Assembly (NCBI GenBank): GCA_963793095.1
Contig: CAWBYY010000011.1
Span: forward strand, 277,034 to 341,033
Origin: an uncultured Chloroflexia bacterium
Lineage (GTDB): Bacteria; Chloroflexota; Anaerolineae; Anaerolineales; UBA4823
Direction of reading: 5' to 3'
Length of the DNA stretch: 64,000 nucleotides
The first letter of the stretch is position 1, and each line of letters starts with the position of its first letter. Below the pieces are notes generated by a model, which was given only the letters and a program-made list of their open reading frames with translations, was not told the DNA's origin and searched no databases. This document shows, one piece after another, positions 11,471 through 20,145 of this stretch. The position numbers and the translations under genes are program-made.

Positions 11471-12238
11471 TTAAATTTCATCAGAAGAGCCTAAAAGGAC
11501 AAAACCCAAATCGCGTCTCATTTCCTGAAATTCTGGTTGAGTTTTCAGGTCTGGAGGCCTCGGCCTTTCGAAAGGTATATCGACAATGCATTTCACTTTT
11601 CCGGGCTCATTTGACATAACAACAACTCGATCTGACATATATAGTGCTTCTTCCAAATCGTGGGTAACAAATATCACGGTGATTGGATTATTGCTCCAAA
11701 TATTTAAAAATTCAGTTTGTAATTTAGCTTTTGTTAGGACATCTAAAGCAGCAAAAGGCTCATCCATCAGTAATACTTCTGGACTAGTTGCAACAGCTCT
11801 GGCAACATCAACTCTTTTGCGCATGCCTCCTGATAATTGCCGCGGGAACAAGTTTTCAGCATCTTTCAATCCAACTAAATTAATGTGATGGTCTGCGATC
11901 CTTTTCATTTCCTCAGGTTGTAATTTTTGGATCCTCAACCCGTATTCAATGTTTTGTCTGACCGTATACCAAGGGAAGACTGCATCATCTTGAAAAACCA
12001 TTGTTCGATCTGGTCCCGGATGAGTTATTTCATTGCCTTTTAAAAAGACTTTCCCTTCTGAAGGTGGTAAAAGCCCAGCAATAATATTTAATAATGTTGA
12101 TTTTCCACAACCCGAAGATCCAACAATTGTGACAAATTCTTGATCGAGGATGTTCAAATGAAAATCTTCAATAATCCAATGATGATCGTAGCGGAAATAA
12201 ATATGCTCTAAATTAATAATGACTTTCTCTTCAATCAT
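11471..12238 (-). CDS. ABC transporter ATP-binding protein
   Basis: Walker A GSSGCGKST, signature LSGGMRKR, Walker B LLMDEPF. Confidence 0.9.
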   Translation of the reverse strand: MIEEKVIINLEHIYFRYDHHWIIEDFHLNILDQEFVTIVGSSGCGKSTLLNIIAGLLPPSEGKVFLKGNEITHPGPDRTMVFQDDAVFPWYTVRQNIEYGLRIQKLQPEEMKRIADHHINLVGLKDAENLFPRQLSGGMRKRVDVARAVATSPEVLLMDEPFAALDVLTKAKLQTEFLNIWSNNPITVIFVTHDLEEALYMSDRVVVMSNEPGKVKCIVDIPFERPRPPDLKTQPEFQEMRRDLGFVLLGSSDEI

Positions 12239-12304
12239 AATTGCATAATAATAGGTGTTGATCCGGGTCTTTTTGTGTGAGTGCTGAATAAATTATTAAA
12301 ATAT

Positions 12305-13072
12305 TTAAATTTTGGCTAAGATTAATTTGACTCCCAGATGACGAATCCGTTCAGCATCACCAGCTGAAATATTAGTATCGGTAATGAGATAGTCGACCTC
12401 TTCAACAGGCGCGATTAATGCTGTTCGGACGATGCCAAATTTTGAACTATCTGTTACCACAATCAAATTGCGAGCAATGCTGATGATATTGCGATCCGTT
12501 TCTGCATCTTTTAAAGATTCTGAAGTGATTCCCTGATCAATATCAATTGCAGAGACACCCATGACTGCCTTGTCTATTCGCAAACGGTTAAGCGTAAAGT
12601 TACCTATTTCACCTACAAGAGTCAGGTGTTTAGGTACGAGTGTGCCTCCTGGAACTATGACCGCAATTTCCGGGAAGTTAACCATGTAATTAATGATGTT
12701 AATTGCGCAGGTTATGACAGTAATACCATGTTTATTGGTTAAATTTCTTGCTACCTCCTTTGTGGTCGTACCGCCACTCAAAAAGATGGTGTCCCCATTT
12801 TCTACAAGATTGGCAGCATATCTGCCTACTGCTTCCTTTTCTTTGCGATTAAGTTGAGCGCGGGTCAAGATTGGCAATTCGAGTTCGAATTGGTAATAGG
12901 TGCTTGCCCCACCTCGATTTCGTTGTATGAGATTTTTTTCAGACAGGTCTCTTAAATCACGGCGAATTGTAGCTTCGCTTACTCCAAAACGTGCACTCAG
13001 ATCATCAACACCAATATCTTCAGTTTCGCGAATGAGGCTCAGAATTTGCCGTCTTCTTTGATTAACTTTCAT
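12305..13072 (-). CDS. DeoR/GlpR-family transcriptional repressor
   Basis: N-terminal HTH (VSEATIRRDLRDL) plus a C-terminal DeoR sugar-phosphate sensor domain. Confidence 0.85.
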   Translation of the reverse strand: MKVNQRRRQILSLIRETEDIGVDDLSARFGVSEATIRRDLRDLSEKNLIQRNRGGASTYYQFELELPILTRAQLNRKEKEAVGRYAANLVENGDTIFLSGGTTTKEVARNLTNKHGITVITCAINIINYMVNFPEIAVIVPGGTLVPKHLTLVGEIGNFTLNRLRIDKAVMGVSAIDIDQGITSESLKDAETDRNIISIARNLIVVTDSSKFGIVRTALIAPVEEVDYLITDTNISAGDAERIRHLGVKLILAKI

Positions 13073-13381
13073 TGAATATATAAAATTACTAAACGGATAT
13101 TTAAGAAATCATCAAAATATGATAATATAATAGCAATATTATGATCAATTGTCAATCAAAATAAACAAAAATTTGACTATTATGTGCAAATTGGATATAA
13201 ACTGATCAATTTAGGTTCCCATTATTATATAAAACTGATTTTTGTATGAACATCAATATAATGTGTATGAGATCATATTTCTATTCTGGTTGATCCTCAT
13301 CCTTGCTTAAAAATTAATCGTAAAAAAGGACTAAATTTGATAAAAGTAAAAACCGAAATTATTTTGCATAATGGAGTTTAA

Positions 13382-14285
13382 TTGATGAGCAATAAAGATG
13401 TCGATATTCTCGTGGTGGCGGAAATCAACCCAGATATCATTCTTACTGGGAATGTTGAGCCAGATTATTCCCAGGTTGAGACTCTAATTGGTGATTATTC
13501 TCTTACAATTGGGAGTTCGGGTGCAATCTTTGCATGTGGTGCAAGCCGATTGGGATTGAAAGTTGCTCTCATTGGAATTGTTGGAGATGATTACTTTGGC
13601 CATTTTATGCTAGATAGTTTAAAGTTGCGAGGTGTTGATGTAACAGGGTGCATAATTGATCCCCAAAAAAAAACAGGAATTAGTGTCATCCTTAATACGC
13701 GGAGAGGATCGTGCTATTCTTACATATACAGGTACAATCCAGGCTTTACGTAGTCAAGATGTTGACCGGTCATATTTAAGACGCGGACAACACCTGCATG
13801 TATCCAGTTGTTTTTTACAAGAGGCACTGCGCCCCGGGCTCCCCAAGTTATTAACCGATGCACATCATAATGGCATGAGTGTCTCTGTAGACACAAATTT
13901 TGATCCAAAAAACGAGTGGAATCATAATATTTTAAAAATTCTCTCCCAAACGGATATTTTCTTCCCAAACGAGCATGAAGCATGTGCAATAAGTCGGCAG
14001 CAAGATGTTTATAATGCTCTATCCTTTCTTGCAGGTATTGTTCCAGTTGTGGCAATTAAAAGAGGTAGATTAGGAGCAATTGTCCAAGATAACCAAAATC
14101 AGTATTCTTGTGAAGCTTTTCCTGTAGAAGTTGTCGACACTACGGGTGCTGGTGATAGTTTTAATGCAGGTTTTTTATATGGATATTTGCATTCTTTTCC
14201 AATAAATGATGCGCTGCAATTGGGTTGTGCTTGTGGTGCAATATCCACCCAATCCATCGGGGGAACCGATTCTAACCGACTTTAA
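13382..14285 (+). CDS. PfkB-family carbohydrate kinase, one frame break
   Basis: ORFs 13382..13753 and 13656..14285 are the N- and C-terminal parts of one kinase (DTTGAGDSFNAGF motif). The frame changes between ..GISVILNT and GEDRAILTY near 13697-13703. Confidence 0.75.
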
Positions 14286-14412
14286 ACGAGACTTTAGAAT
14301 TTATATCAAAACAGGAATCTCAACCTCAAAATAATCGATAGTAAACAATAAGGTTATTTGGTTGGTCAGGATTTTCTAATGGTAATTGCAATTAAAATCA
14401 AAAGGTAATCGT

Positions 14413-15738
14413 TTGGTGTATCCTGACCCAATTTCTAATTTAACCTCACTACAAAAAAGGTTTTCCAGTTGGCATATGTTCAGTATGTTCATACAACCCT
14501 TATGAATTGGAAGCAGTTTTGCGAAAAGCCAAAAAAGACGGAAAACCAGTACTGGTAGAATCAACTTCCAACCAGATCTACCAGATTGGGGGTTAAACAG
14601 GAATGACTCCAATCTTGTTTGTGAGTTTATTAAAGAACTTAAGGAAAGAATAGGAATTAATTCTGATCAGGTGATGTTGGGCGGAGATCATCTTGATCCC
14701 TACTCAAGGCTAAATGAATCTGCAAGTGTTGCTATGGAAAAAGCGACTCAATTGGTTATAGATTATGTACAAGCACGTTATTTAAAAATTCATTTGGATG
14801 CAAGTATGTGCCTGGGCGGAGATATGAAAAGCGTGCTACCAGTCGAGATTGTAGCAGAACGCACCGCTGTTTTATGCAGAGAAGCAGAAGAAACCTGGAA
14901 CAGATTATCAGATGTGAAGATCCTCCATATTATGTGATTGGAACAGAAGTGCCAGCCCCGGGTGGTGCCCTTAATGAAGTTGATGATTGATTTAGATGTA
15001 ACAAGTGTTGAAAGCGAGAAAGAGATGCTAGAGGCCACTAAAAAATCCTTTGTAAGAAATGGTATACATTCAACTTGGGAACGTGTCATTGCTTTGGTTG
15101 TCCAACCTGGTGTGGAGTACAGTGTCACATCCGTTCATTCCTATAATTGAATCGCAGCTGAAGAATTATGAGAATATGTTAAAAATGTCCAAGGTCTGGT
15201 GTTTGAGACACATTCTACAGATTATCAGAAGCGTAGCGCACTCAAAAAAATGGTAGAAGATCAATCTGCAATATCTGAGGGTTGGGCCAGCACTTACATT
15301 TGCCTTTAGAGAAGCTGTTTTTGATTTAGAATTAATTGAGAATGAGTTGTATTCTGGTGATAAAAAATTTACGCTTTCAAAGTCACAGGCTATAGTTGAG
15401 ATGGAGATGATGAGAATTCCAGCATAATGGGAGTCATACTATAAAGGAACTCTGAACAGCAAAGGTTTGCCCGTCGTTTAAATCTTAATGACCGGATTTG
15501 ATATTGCTGGGCAAAACCAAGGGTCAAATCATCTTTTAATTGTTTGTTTGAGAATCTACAAAAACAGCCAACCCCGCTTTCACTTATAAGCCAGTGTCTA
15601 CCTTATCAATATCGGAAAGGGTTTAATAGACAAGCCAATTTACGCATTTCACCATTAGAATTGATTGTGCATAAGATCAATGGAGTGGTGGATGACTATT
15701 ATTATGCTTATTATCTGGATGTCCGGGAGATTAAATGA
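14413..15738 (+). pseudogene. GatZ/KbaZ/AgaZ-like tagatose-bisphosphate aldolase subunit, heavily degraded
   Basis: Collinear with E. coli GatZ across several frames (PVGICSVCS, VLVESTSNQ, GGDHL, KIHLDASM, VIGTEVPAPGG, VVQPGVE, ETHSTDYQ, VGPALTFA). In-frame TAA at 14594-14596 and 15425-15427, TGA at 15499-15501, and at least five frame changes. Confidence 0.8.
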
Positions 15739-16098
15739 AAAGTTGATTTGCTACCCGAGAATTCAAATGCCGAAGAGCATCAGATTAATAAATACAATGC
15801 TGGCAAGTTTCTGATATTTGGATTGATTATCAAAAGGATTTAGCACCTCTGTATTCTAACCCTAGATGCTGGTATACACATCACATTCCCAGATGTGCAA
15901 GGTAATTGATTATTAAGGTTTTTTCCAAGTAATTTCTGAAAATCCAAACAGCAAATATATATATACACAAAATAAAAAACCCATAATGTGTGGTGCTTTT
16001 AAACTTAAATCTGGTATTGAATATTCTTGGCACTTTCAGCAATTATTTTTACATTAAATATCTTGAATTTACCAAGTTTCAAACCAAAAGTTATAAAA

Positions 16099-17799
16099 TC
16101 ACTCGTTCAGGTTGTAGATTCTGACGTAATCGATTCCATTAATTCTGACGGTATGTTCCGGTGATAGATCGCCCAGGTGGTCCATCAGTTTCTTGGGGGA
16201 ATCGTGCTGCCACTGGTTGATATAAATCACTGCATAATCGGCGGACAAATAATCCCTGAGGCGCCAATCACTGATTTCTTCATCCAGAAAGAGCGGGTCA
16301 GCGATGAAACCAAGCGAGGCGCTGTACCAGTTGAACGCGAGCGGAAACCAGGCGATTACCCGTTTATCCTGTATCGCTGGTTTCTGGCGCAGGTAAATGG
16401 CGGCTTCGCTGAGCCCTTCGCCCCAGCCTGTGTCAAGACCGTCCCTGAGTGCTTCGTCAGGGCTTCCCATAATTGGATTGAAATAAGTCAGGTAATAAGG
16501 ATGGTGCGGGATAATTATTACAAGCTGCACAACCAGCAGGATTCCGATGATTCCGTACCTGATTAAATTCGGATTCAAATTTAACCAGCGGGAATTTATC
16601 CAATCCGCAGTGGCGATCCAGCCGATTCCAGCGATTAAATTCAAGGGCAGAAAAACAGGCAGGAGATAACGATCGTATTTTTTAGCCCCAACGCTCATTA
16701 CCAGGGTGAAAATAATCACATAAAGAAGTAAGTAGAGCACATAAAACCGGCGTTCATACGCCAGGGCAGGGGGTTTTTTCCGAATTATAAAAATCAGAGC
16801 CAGAATACACCCCACCCAGACCAGGAAGGTGCTGCGCCAGAGATATGCTTTGATATAGAACAGAACCGGATTTACCGGATCAGGATCTGCCAAACCGGAG
16901 GCTGGTTCGTTATCACTTGCAGCAACGCCTACCACCGTTGCGGTAAAAGTATCCCTGTAAAGGGAGGTGATTAATTCAAAGGGGGTAACCCACATCGCCG
17001 GCCAGAACAGGGTGAAGAAGATGATGATCAATAAAATCCACCCAAAGAATGGAAACACATATTTTTTTAGAGCCAACCGCAGTCTGTCACGGTTTGACCT
17101 GCGCCAGGTTCGAAAGAGTTCCAGCAGGGTGAGCAAACCGACGACCGGTAGGAAAATCAAACCCTGGGTCACGGTCAGGATGGCGAGACTGGTAGCAATA
17201 CTCGAAACAATCAGCCCATGCAAGCGGTTCTCTTTTAAAAAATAAATATAGGACAGCAGCGCCAGGAACAAAAAACTGCTGATCAGTCCGTTGGTATGGA
17301 AAACGCGCGAGTGGGCGATGTGAAAGGGGTCCAGGGCGATCACGATAAAGCCGGGAATGACATACCAGAGGCTGAAGATTTTGCTGGAGTAATAAAAACT
17401 GACCAGCAGTGTAAGGATGATAACCACCGCCTGAATTAAGCGGGCAGTGGACAGGACCTGAATCAATGGCGGGCCGTGCCTCGAAAAAAGCTGCTGCAGT
17501 TTTGTATCACCCAGCGAAGTCTGTCCAACCTTGCTGTACCTGGGAAACCGGAGTTTAAAGGCTGCGGAGCCAATCCAGTAGCTGGTCACTCCCGGATGCC
17601 CTGACTGGTAAGTTGAGGCATAATCATTATGTGAGATTGCATAGAAGAAGTTAGCTGACCTTTTCCCCCAGGTTGGTTCATCGGCTGTTACGAACTGCCC
17701 GGGCTGGATCAACCTGGGAAGAGCAAGCAGAACTGCCAGTCCTGCCAATACCAGCAGGAATCCCGCCAGAGTTTTTCTGTCCATGAGTGATTGTTGCAT
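16099..17799 (-). CDS. GT-C fold glycosyltransferase (PMT / ArnT-like, GT39/GT83 type)
   Basis: 566-aa ORF with more than 10 TM segments, an acidic first-loop motif (TADEP) and a C-terminal soluble domain. Confidence 0.7.
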   Translation of the reverse strand: MQQSLMDRKTLAGFLLVLAGLAVLLALPRLIQPGQFVTADEPTWGKRSANFFYAISHNDYASTYQSGHPGVTSYWIGSAAFKLRFPRYSKVGQTSLGDTKLQQLFSRHGPPLIQVLSTARLIQAVVIILTLLVSFYYSSKIFSLWYVIPGFIVIALDPFHIAHSRVFHTNGLISSFLFLALLSYIYFLKENRLHGLIVSSIATSLAILTVTQGLIFLPVVGLLTLLELFRTWRRSNRDRLRLALKKYVFPFFGWILLIIIFFTLFWPAMWVTPFELITSLYRDTFTATVVGVAASDNEPASGLADPDPVNPVLFYIKAYLWRSTFLVWVGCILALIFIIRKKPPALAYERRFYVLYLLLYVIIFTLVMSVGAKKYDRYLLPVFLPLNLIAGIGWIATADWINSRWLNLNPNLIRYGIIGILLVVQLVIIIPHHPYYLTYFNPIMGSPDEALRDGLDTGWGEGLSEAAIYLRQKPAIQDKRVIAWFPLAFNWYSASLGFIADPLFLDEEISDWRLRDYLSADYAVIYINQWQHDSPKKLMDHLGDLSPEHTVRINGIDYVRIYNLNE

Positions 17800-17834
17800 G
17801 CGTGAATTATAAACCCGCTGAAGAATTACAAATT

Positions 17835-17931
17835 AGGAGTGCTACTCCTGATTTACGGTATTCATGGGCCATTTGTATCCGGGACCGTTTACAACAGGTA
17901 CAGGGTTCAATAGTGAAGGAGTAGCACTCCT
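17835..17931. repeat. Pair of 15-bp self-complementary elements in inverted orientation
   Basis: AGGAGTGCTACTCCT at 17835-17849 and its exact reverse complement AGGAGTAGCACTCCT at 17917-17931. Each can form a hairpin with a 6-bp stem and 3-nt loop. Confidence 0.85.
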
Positions 17932-17973
17932 TGTAGGAAAGCAGTTGAATCCTGGCTGTTTGGCTAGATCAAT

Positions 17974-18864
17974 TCAGGGGTGGTCGAATTCCAGAACCTG
18001 GACCACACATTCGCCCAGGTTGTTGTCCTCAGTGCAGAGTGTGATGGTGGCTTTGTAGGTATTTGTGACCGGGGACATACCGGAAAATGCAGATCCTATA
18101 TAGGCTCCTTCACCAGGCAGCAGGCTTGTTTCGCCGGGAGGGCAAACTGATGCTGAATCCGTAAACGGCGAATTGGGGAACAGCGTCCCGGTGCCGGCCA
18201 GGTCTGTATCCAGGTTCTGGATGTTGATTCTGGCGGATTCAAAGGGCGTCTGCCCGGTATTGATCACCTGGATCATGGCAGCCGAGGAACCATCGCAAAG
18301 CTGAACTCTTGAAAAGGACGCTCCGAACGCAATCTCCGCACTCACCGGCGGAGGCGGGGGTTCAACAACCTCCAGGGCGCTGGTTTCTCCCTGCACACTG
18401 GTCGTCCCTCCCCACACCCAGCAGAAAGCTCCCGGTTTTGCGGGATTCTCGATGTACCACCAGGTGCTTTCAGGATTGCGCCCGGCGACAACCGATTCCT
18501 GGCTGGTCAGCAGGTAACCAAGAATATCGTATGCCTGGCTGGGACCCAGGCGGCAGTTTGTGTTTTCGCGGGCGCTTATTGTGGGTACCTCAGGACCCCC
18601 TTCGGTTTCAGCGGGCAGGCTGCCCCCCGGGGTAACTACTGGAACCGGGGCAGTCTCTTCCGTAGGAAAGGGTTGGCCGGAAGCCGCGGTTTGCTTGATA
18701 GATAGGGCGTCTGCGGTCATCACCAGCGCGGTGCTGGTGGCGGAGGTCTGGTTTGATTGGGCGCGCTGGGCGAAAAAAATATAGGCGCTGAAACCGACAA
18801 CCAGGCAGAAAATCAGGGCGACCAGCGCAAGGATCACAAGCCACAGTATTTGCTTGGGCGTCAT
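17974..18864 (-). CDS. Membrane-anchored secreted protein: Thr/Pro linker, SH3b-like domain, Cys-containing C-terminal domain
   Basis: N-terminal TM helix. NTNCRLGPSQAYDILGYL..WWYIENP..FCWVW resembles bacterial SH3. Paralog of 18880..19764. Confidence 0.65.
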   Translation of the reverse strand: MTPKQILWLVILALVALIFCLVVGFSAYIFFAQRAQSNQTSATSTALVMTADALSIKQTAASGQPFPTEETAPVPVVTPGGSLPAETEGGPEVPTISARENTNCRLGPSQAYDILGYLLTSQESVVAGRNPESTWWYIENPAKPGAFCWVWGGTTSVQGETSALEVVEPPPPPVSAEIAFGASFSRVQLCDGSSAAMIQVINTGQTPFESARINIQNLDTDLAGTGTLFPNSPFTDSASVCPPGETSLLPGEGAYIGSAFSGMSPVTNTYKATITLCTEDNNLGECVVQVLEFDHP

Positions 18865-18879
18865 GGTACTGGCTGGATT

Positions 18880-19764
18880 TTAAGGGGCGGGCATGGCGAA
18901 TTGAACCGTCTTTTCGCCGCAAGAACCGCCAAGACTTTCCTGGGTGCATACTTTGATTGTAGCCTGCATCATGGCAGCCGGCAGGCTCAGGCGGGTTACT
19001 TTGCCAGCGATATATCCAACCGCACCGGCAGGCAGGGTACCCACCCCGGGCGGGCAGTCGCTGTCGGAAGCCAGGAATGGACTGTTGCTCTGTTCTGGAC
19101 CAAAAACTGTATCGCCTTCAGTCAAATCCTTGATCGTCAACCTGACAGATTCAAGATCGGGACCGCTGCTGTTGTCGATCTGGAAAAAAAGAGCCGGATC
19201 AGGGCCGCACATGGTAAATGTGGAAAAACCCACCGCGATTTCAACATCCGGAAGAGGCGGGGGCTCGATCTCCGCGACAGCGCTGGTATCGCCGCTGACT
19301 GTGGTCGTCTCCGCCCAGACCCAGCATTCATCGCCTGGTTTATCGGGATTTTGGATCACCCACCAGTTGCCTGTTTCGTCCTTTCCGATCACCGTGGAAG
19401 ACTGGTTTTTCAAAAGGTAACCTTCAATCTCATAATCCTGGCCGGGTCCTTCGCGGCAGTTTGTATTCACGCTGGCGCTGATGGTCGCGGCGCCGGGTTC
19501 CGCCGGAGGCGAGGATTCGGTTTCAACGGCCTCTTCTGGTTCGGGCGATTCTGTCTCCTGGGCAGGTTCAACCTGCGGCTGGGTTTGAGTTGGCTGTTCA
19601 ACGGCAGCCTGCAGCGCGGTTGCAGTATTCGAAAGAGCGACCCTGGTCCCCAGAAGGTCCTCCTCTTCTGAGGATCCGCCAAAAATGCTGCATGCAAGTG
19701 ATACAGAAAGCAGAACAAAACCTAAGAGCAGCAGATAACTGGGGCGGTTTTTTAAGTTTTTCAT
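18880..19764 (-). CDS. Lipoprotein paralog: acidic/Pro linker, SH3b-like domain, Cys-containing C-terminal domain
   Basis: Signal peptide with SVSLAC lipobox. NTNCREGPGQDYEIEGYL..WWVIQNP..ECWVW. Same architecture and conserved CPPG / LP.G motifs as 17974..18864. Confidence 0.65.
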   Translation of the reverse strand: MKNLKNRPSYLLLLGFVLLSVSLACSIFGGSSEEEDLLGTRVALSNTATALQAAVEQPTQTQPQVEPAQETESPEPEEAVETESSPPAEPGAATISASVNTNCREGPGQDYEIEGYLLKNQSSTVIGKDETGNWWVIQNPDKPGDECWVWAETTTVSGDTSAVAEIEPPPLPDVEIAVGFSTFTMCGPDPALFFQIDNSSGPDLESVRLTIKDLTEGDTVFGPEQSNSPFLASDSDCPPGVGTLPAGAVGYIAGKVTRLSLPAAMMQATIKVCTQESLGGSCGEKTVQFAMPAP

Positions 19765-19871
19765 CTTCAGCTCCTCCTTAAAAGAAAAACAGAGATCGTT
19801 AATTGGTTCAGGAATTAATAAACCAGGTTATCCCGGGGTGTATCCGGATTTATACTGCTTGCGGTCTCTAT

Positions 19872-19901
19872 TATATGCGAATATATGCGAATATATGCGA
19901 A
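19872..19901. repeat. Tandem decamer repeat (TATATGCGAA x3)
   Basis: Three perfect 10-bp units in the divergent intergenic region between 19764 (minus-strand start) and uvrA. Confidence 0.9.
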
Positions 19902-20040
19902 TTCTGGAGGGCGCACATGCTGGATTTGCCGTTTAATTGGCTGAGGCGTTTATGTATACCTAATTAACATAAATTTTTAAGGGATTTGTTCCAGGCAAAG
20001 CCAGGTTGACTAACCCTTCTTGGAGATTCCAGTCCGCGGT

Positions 20041-20112
20041 TGGTATAATGAAAGTTTGCTAATGGGCCATTTCTGGCCGGGCAATAAATAAAACATTTGT
20101 GCTATAATGAAA
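20041..20112 (+). promoter_or_regulatory. Two candidate extended -10 promoters upstream of uvrA
   Basis: TGGTATAATGAAAG (TATAAT 20044-20049) and TGCTATAATGAAAG (TATAAT 20103-20108). Both match TGnTATAAT. Confidence 0.4.
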
Positions 20113-20145
20113 GGTCGCGGCAGAAATAAGATTCGATGAGGTTTT

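Noticed and set aside
14376-15256. Track ORFs 14376..14612(-), 14790..15128(-), 14808..14990(+), 14938..15150(+) and 15059..15256(+) as separate small genes.
   Set aside because: They are fragments of, or antisense to, the degraded GatZ-like reading frame. The plus-strand pieces align collinearly with one GatZ protein.
4030-16090. Calling the AT-rich block a defined mobile element, genomic island with att sites, or prophage.
   Set aside because: I recognised no integrase, transposase, tRNA gene or flanking direct or inverted repeats at either border by eye. Only the compositional and gene-content argument remains.
18757-19671. Long antisense ORFs in GC-rich genes, for example 18757..19671 (304 aa), 24571..25425 (284 aa), 28054..28890 (278 aa), 29812..30642 (276 aa) and 51695..52432 (245 aa).
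   Set aside because: Each lies fully opposite a gene with clear family motifs. Their translations are Arg/Pro/Gly-rich low-complexity strings typical of stop-poor antisense frames in high-GC DNA, and none contains a recognisable motif.
19872-19901. The decamer repeats, or the SBP duplication, as a CRISPR array.
   Set aside because: The decamer units are 10 bp with no spacers. The 1-kb duplication is coding sequence. No cas genes are present.
20091-20104. AAAACATTTGTGCT overlapping the second uvrA -10 module as a LexA (GAAC-N4-GTTC type) SOS box.
   Set aside because: Only 6 of the 8 core positions match (AAAC..GTGC). Chance occurrence in this AT-rich spacer is plausible, and there is no second line of evidence.
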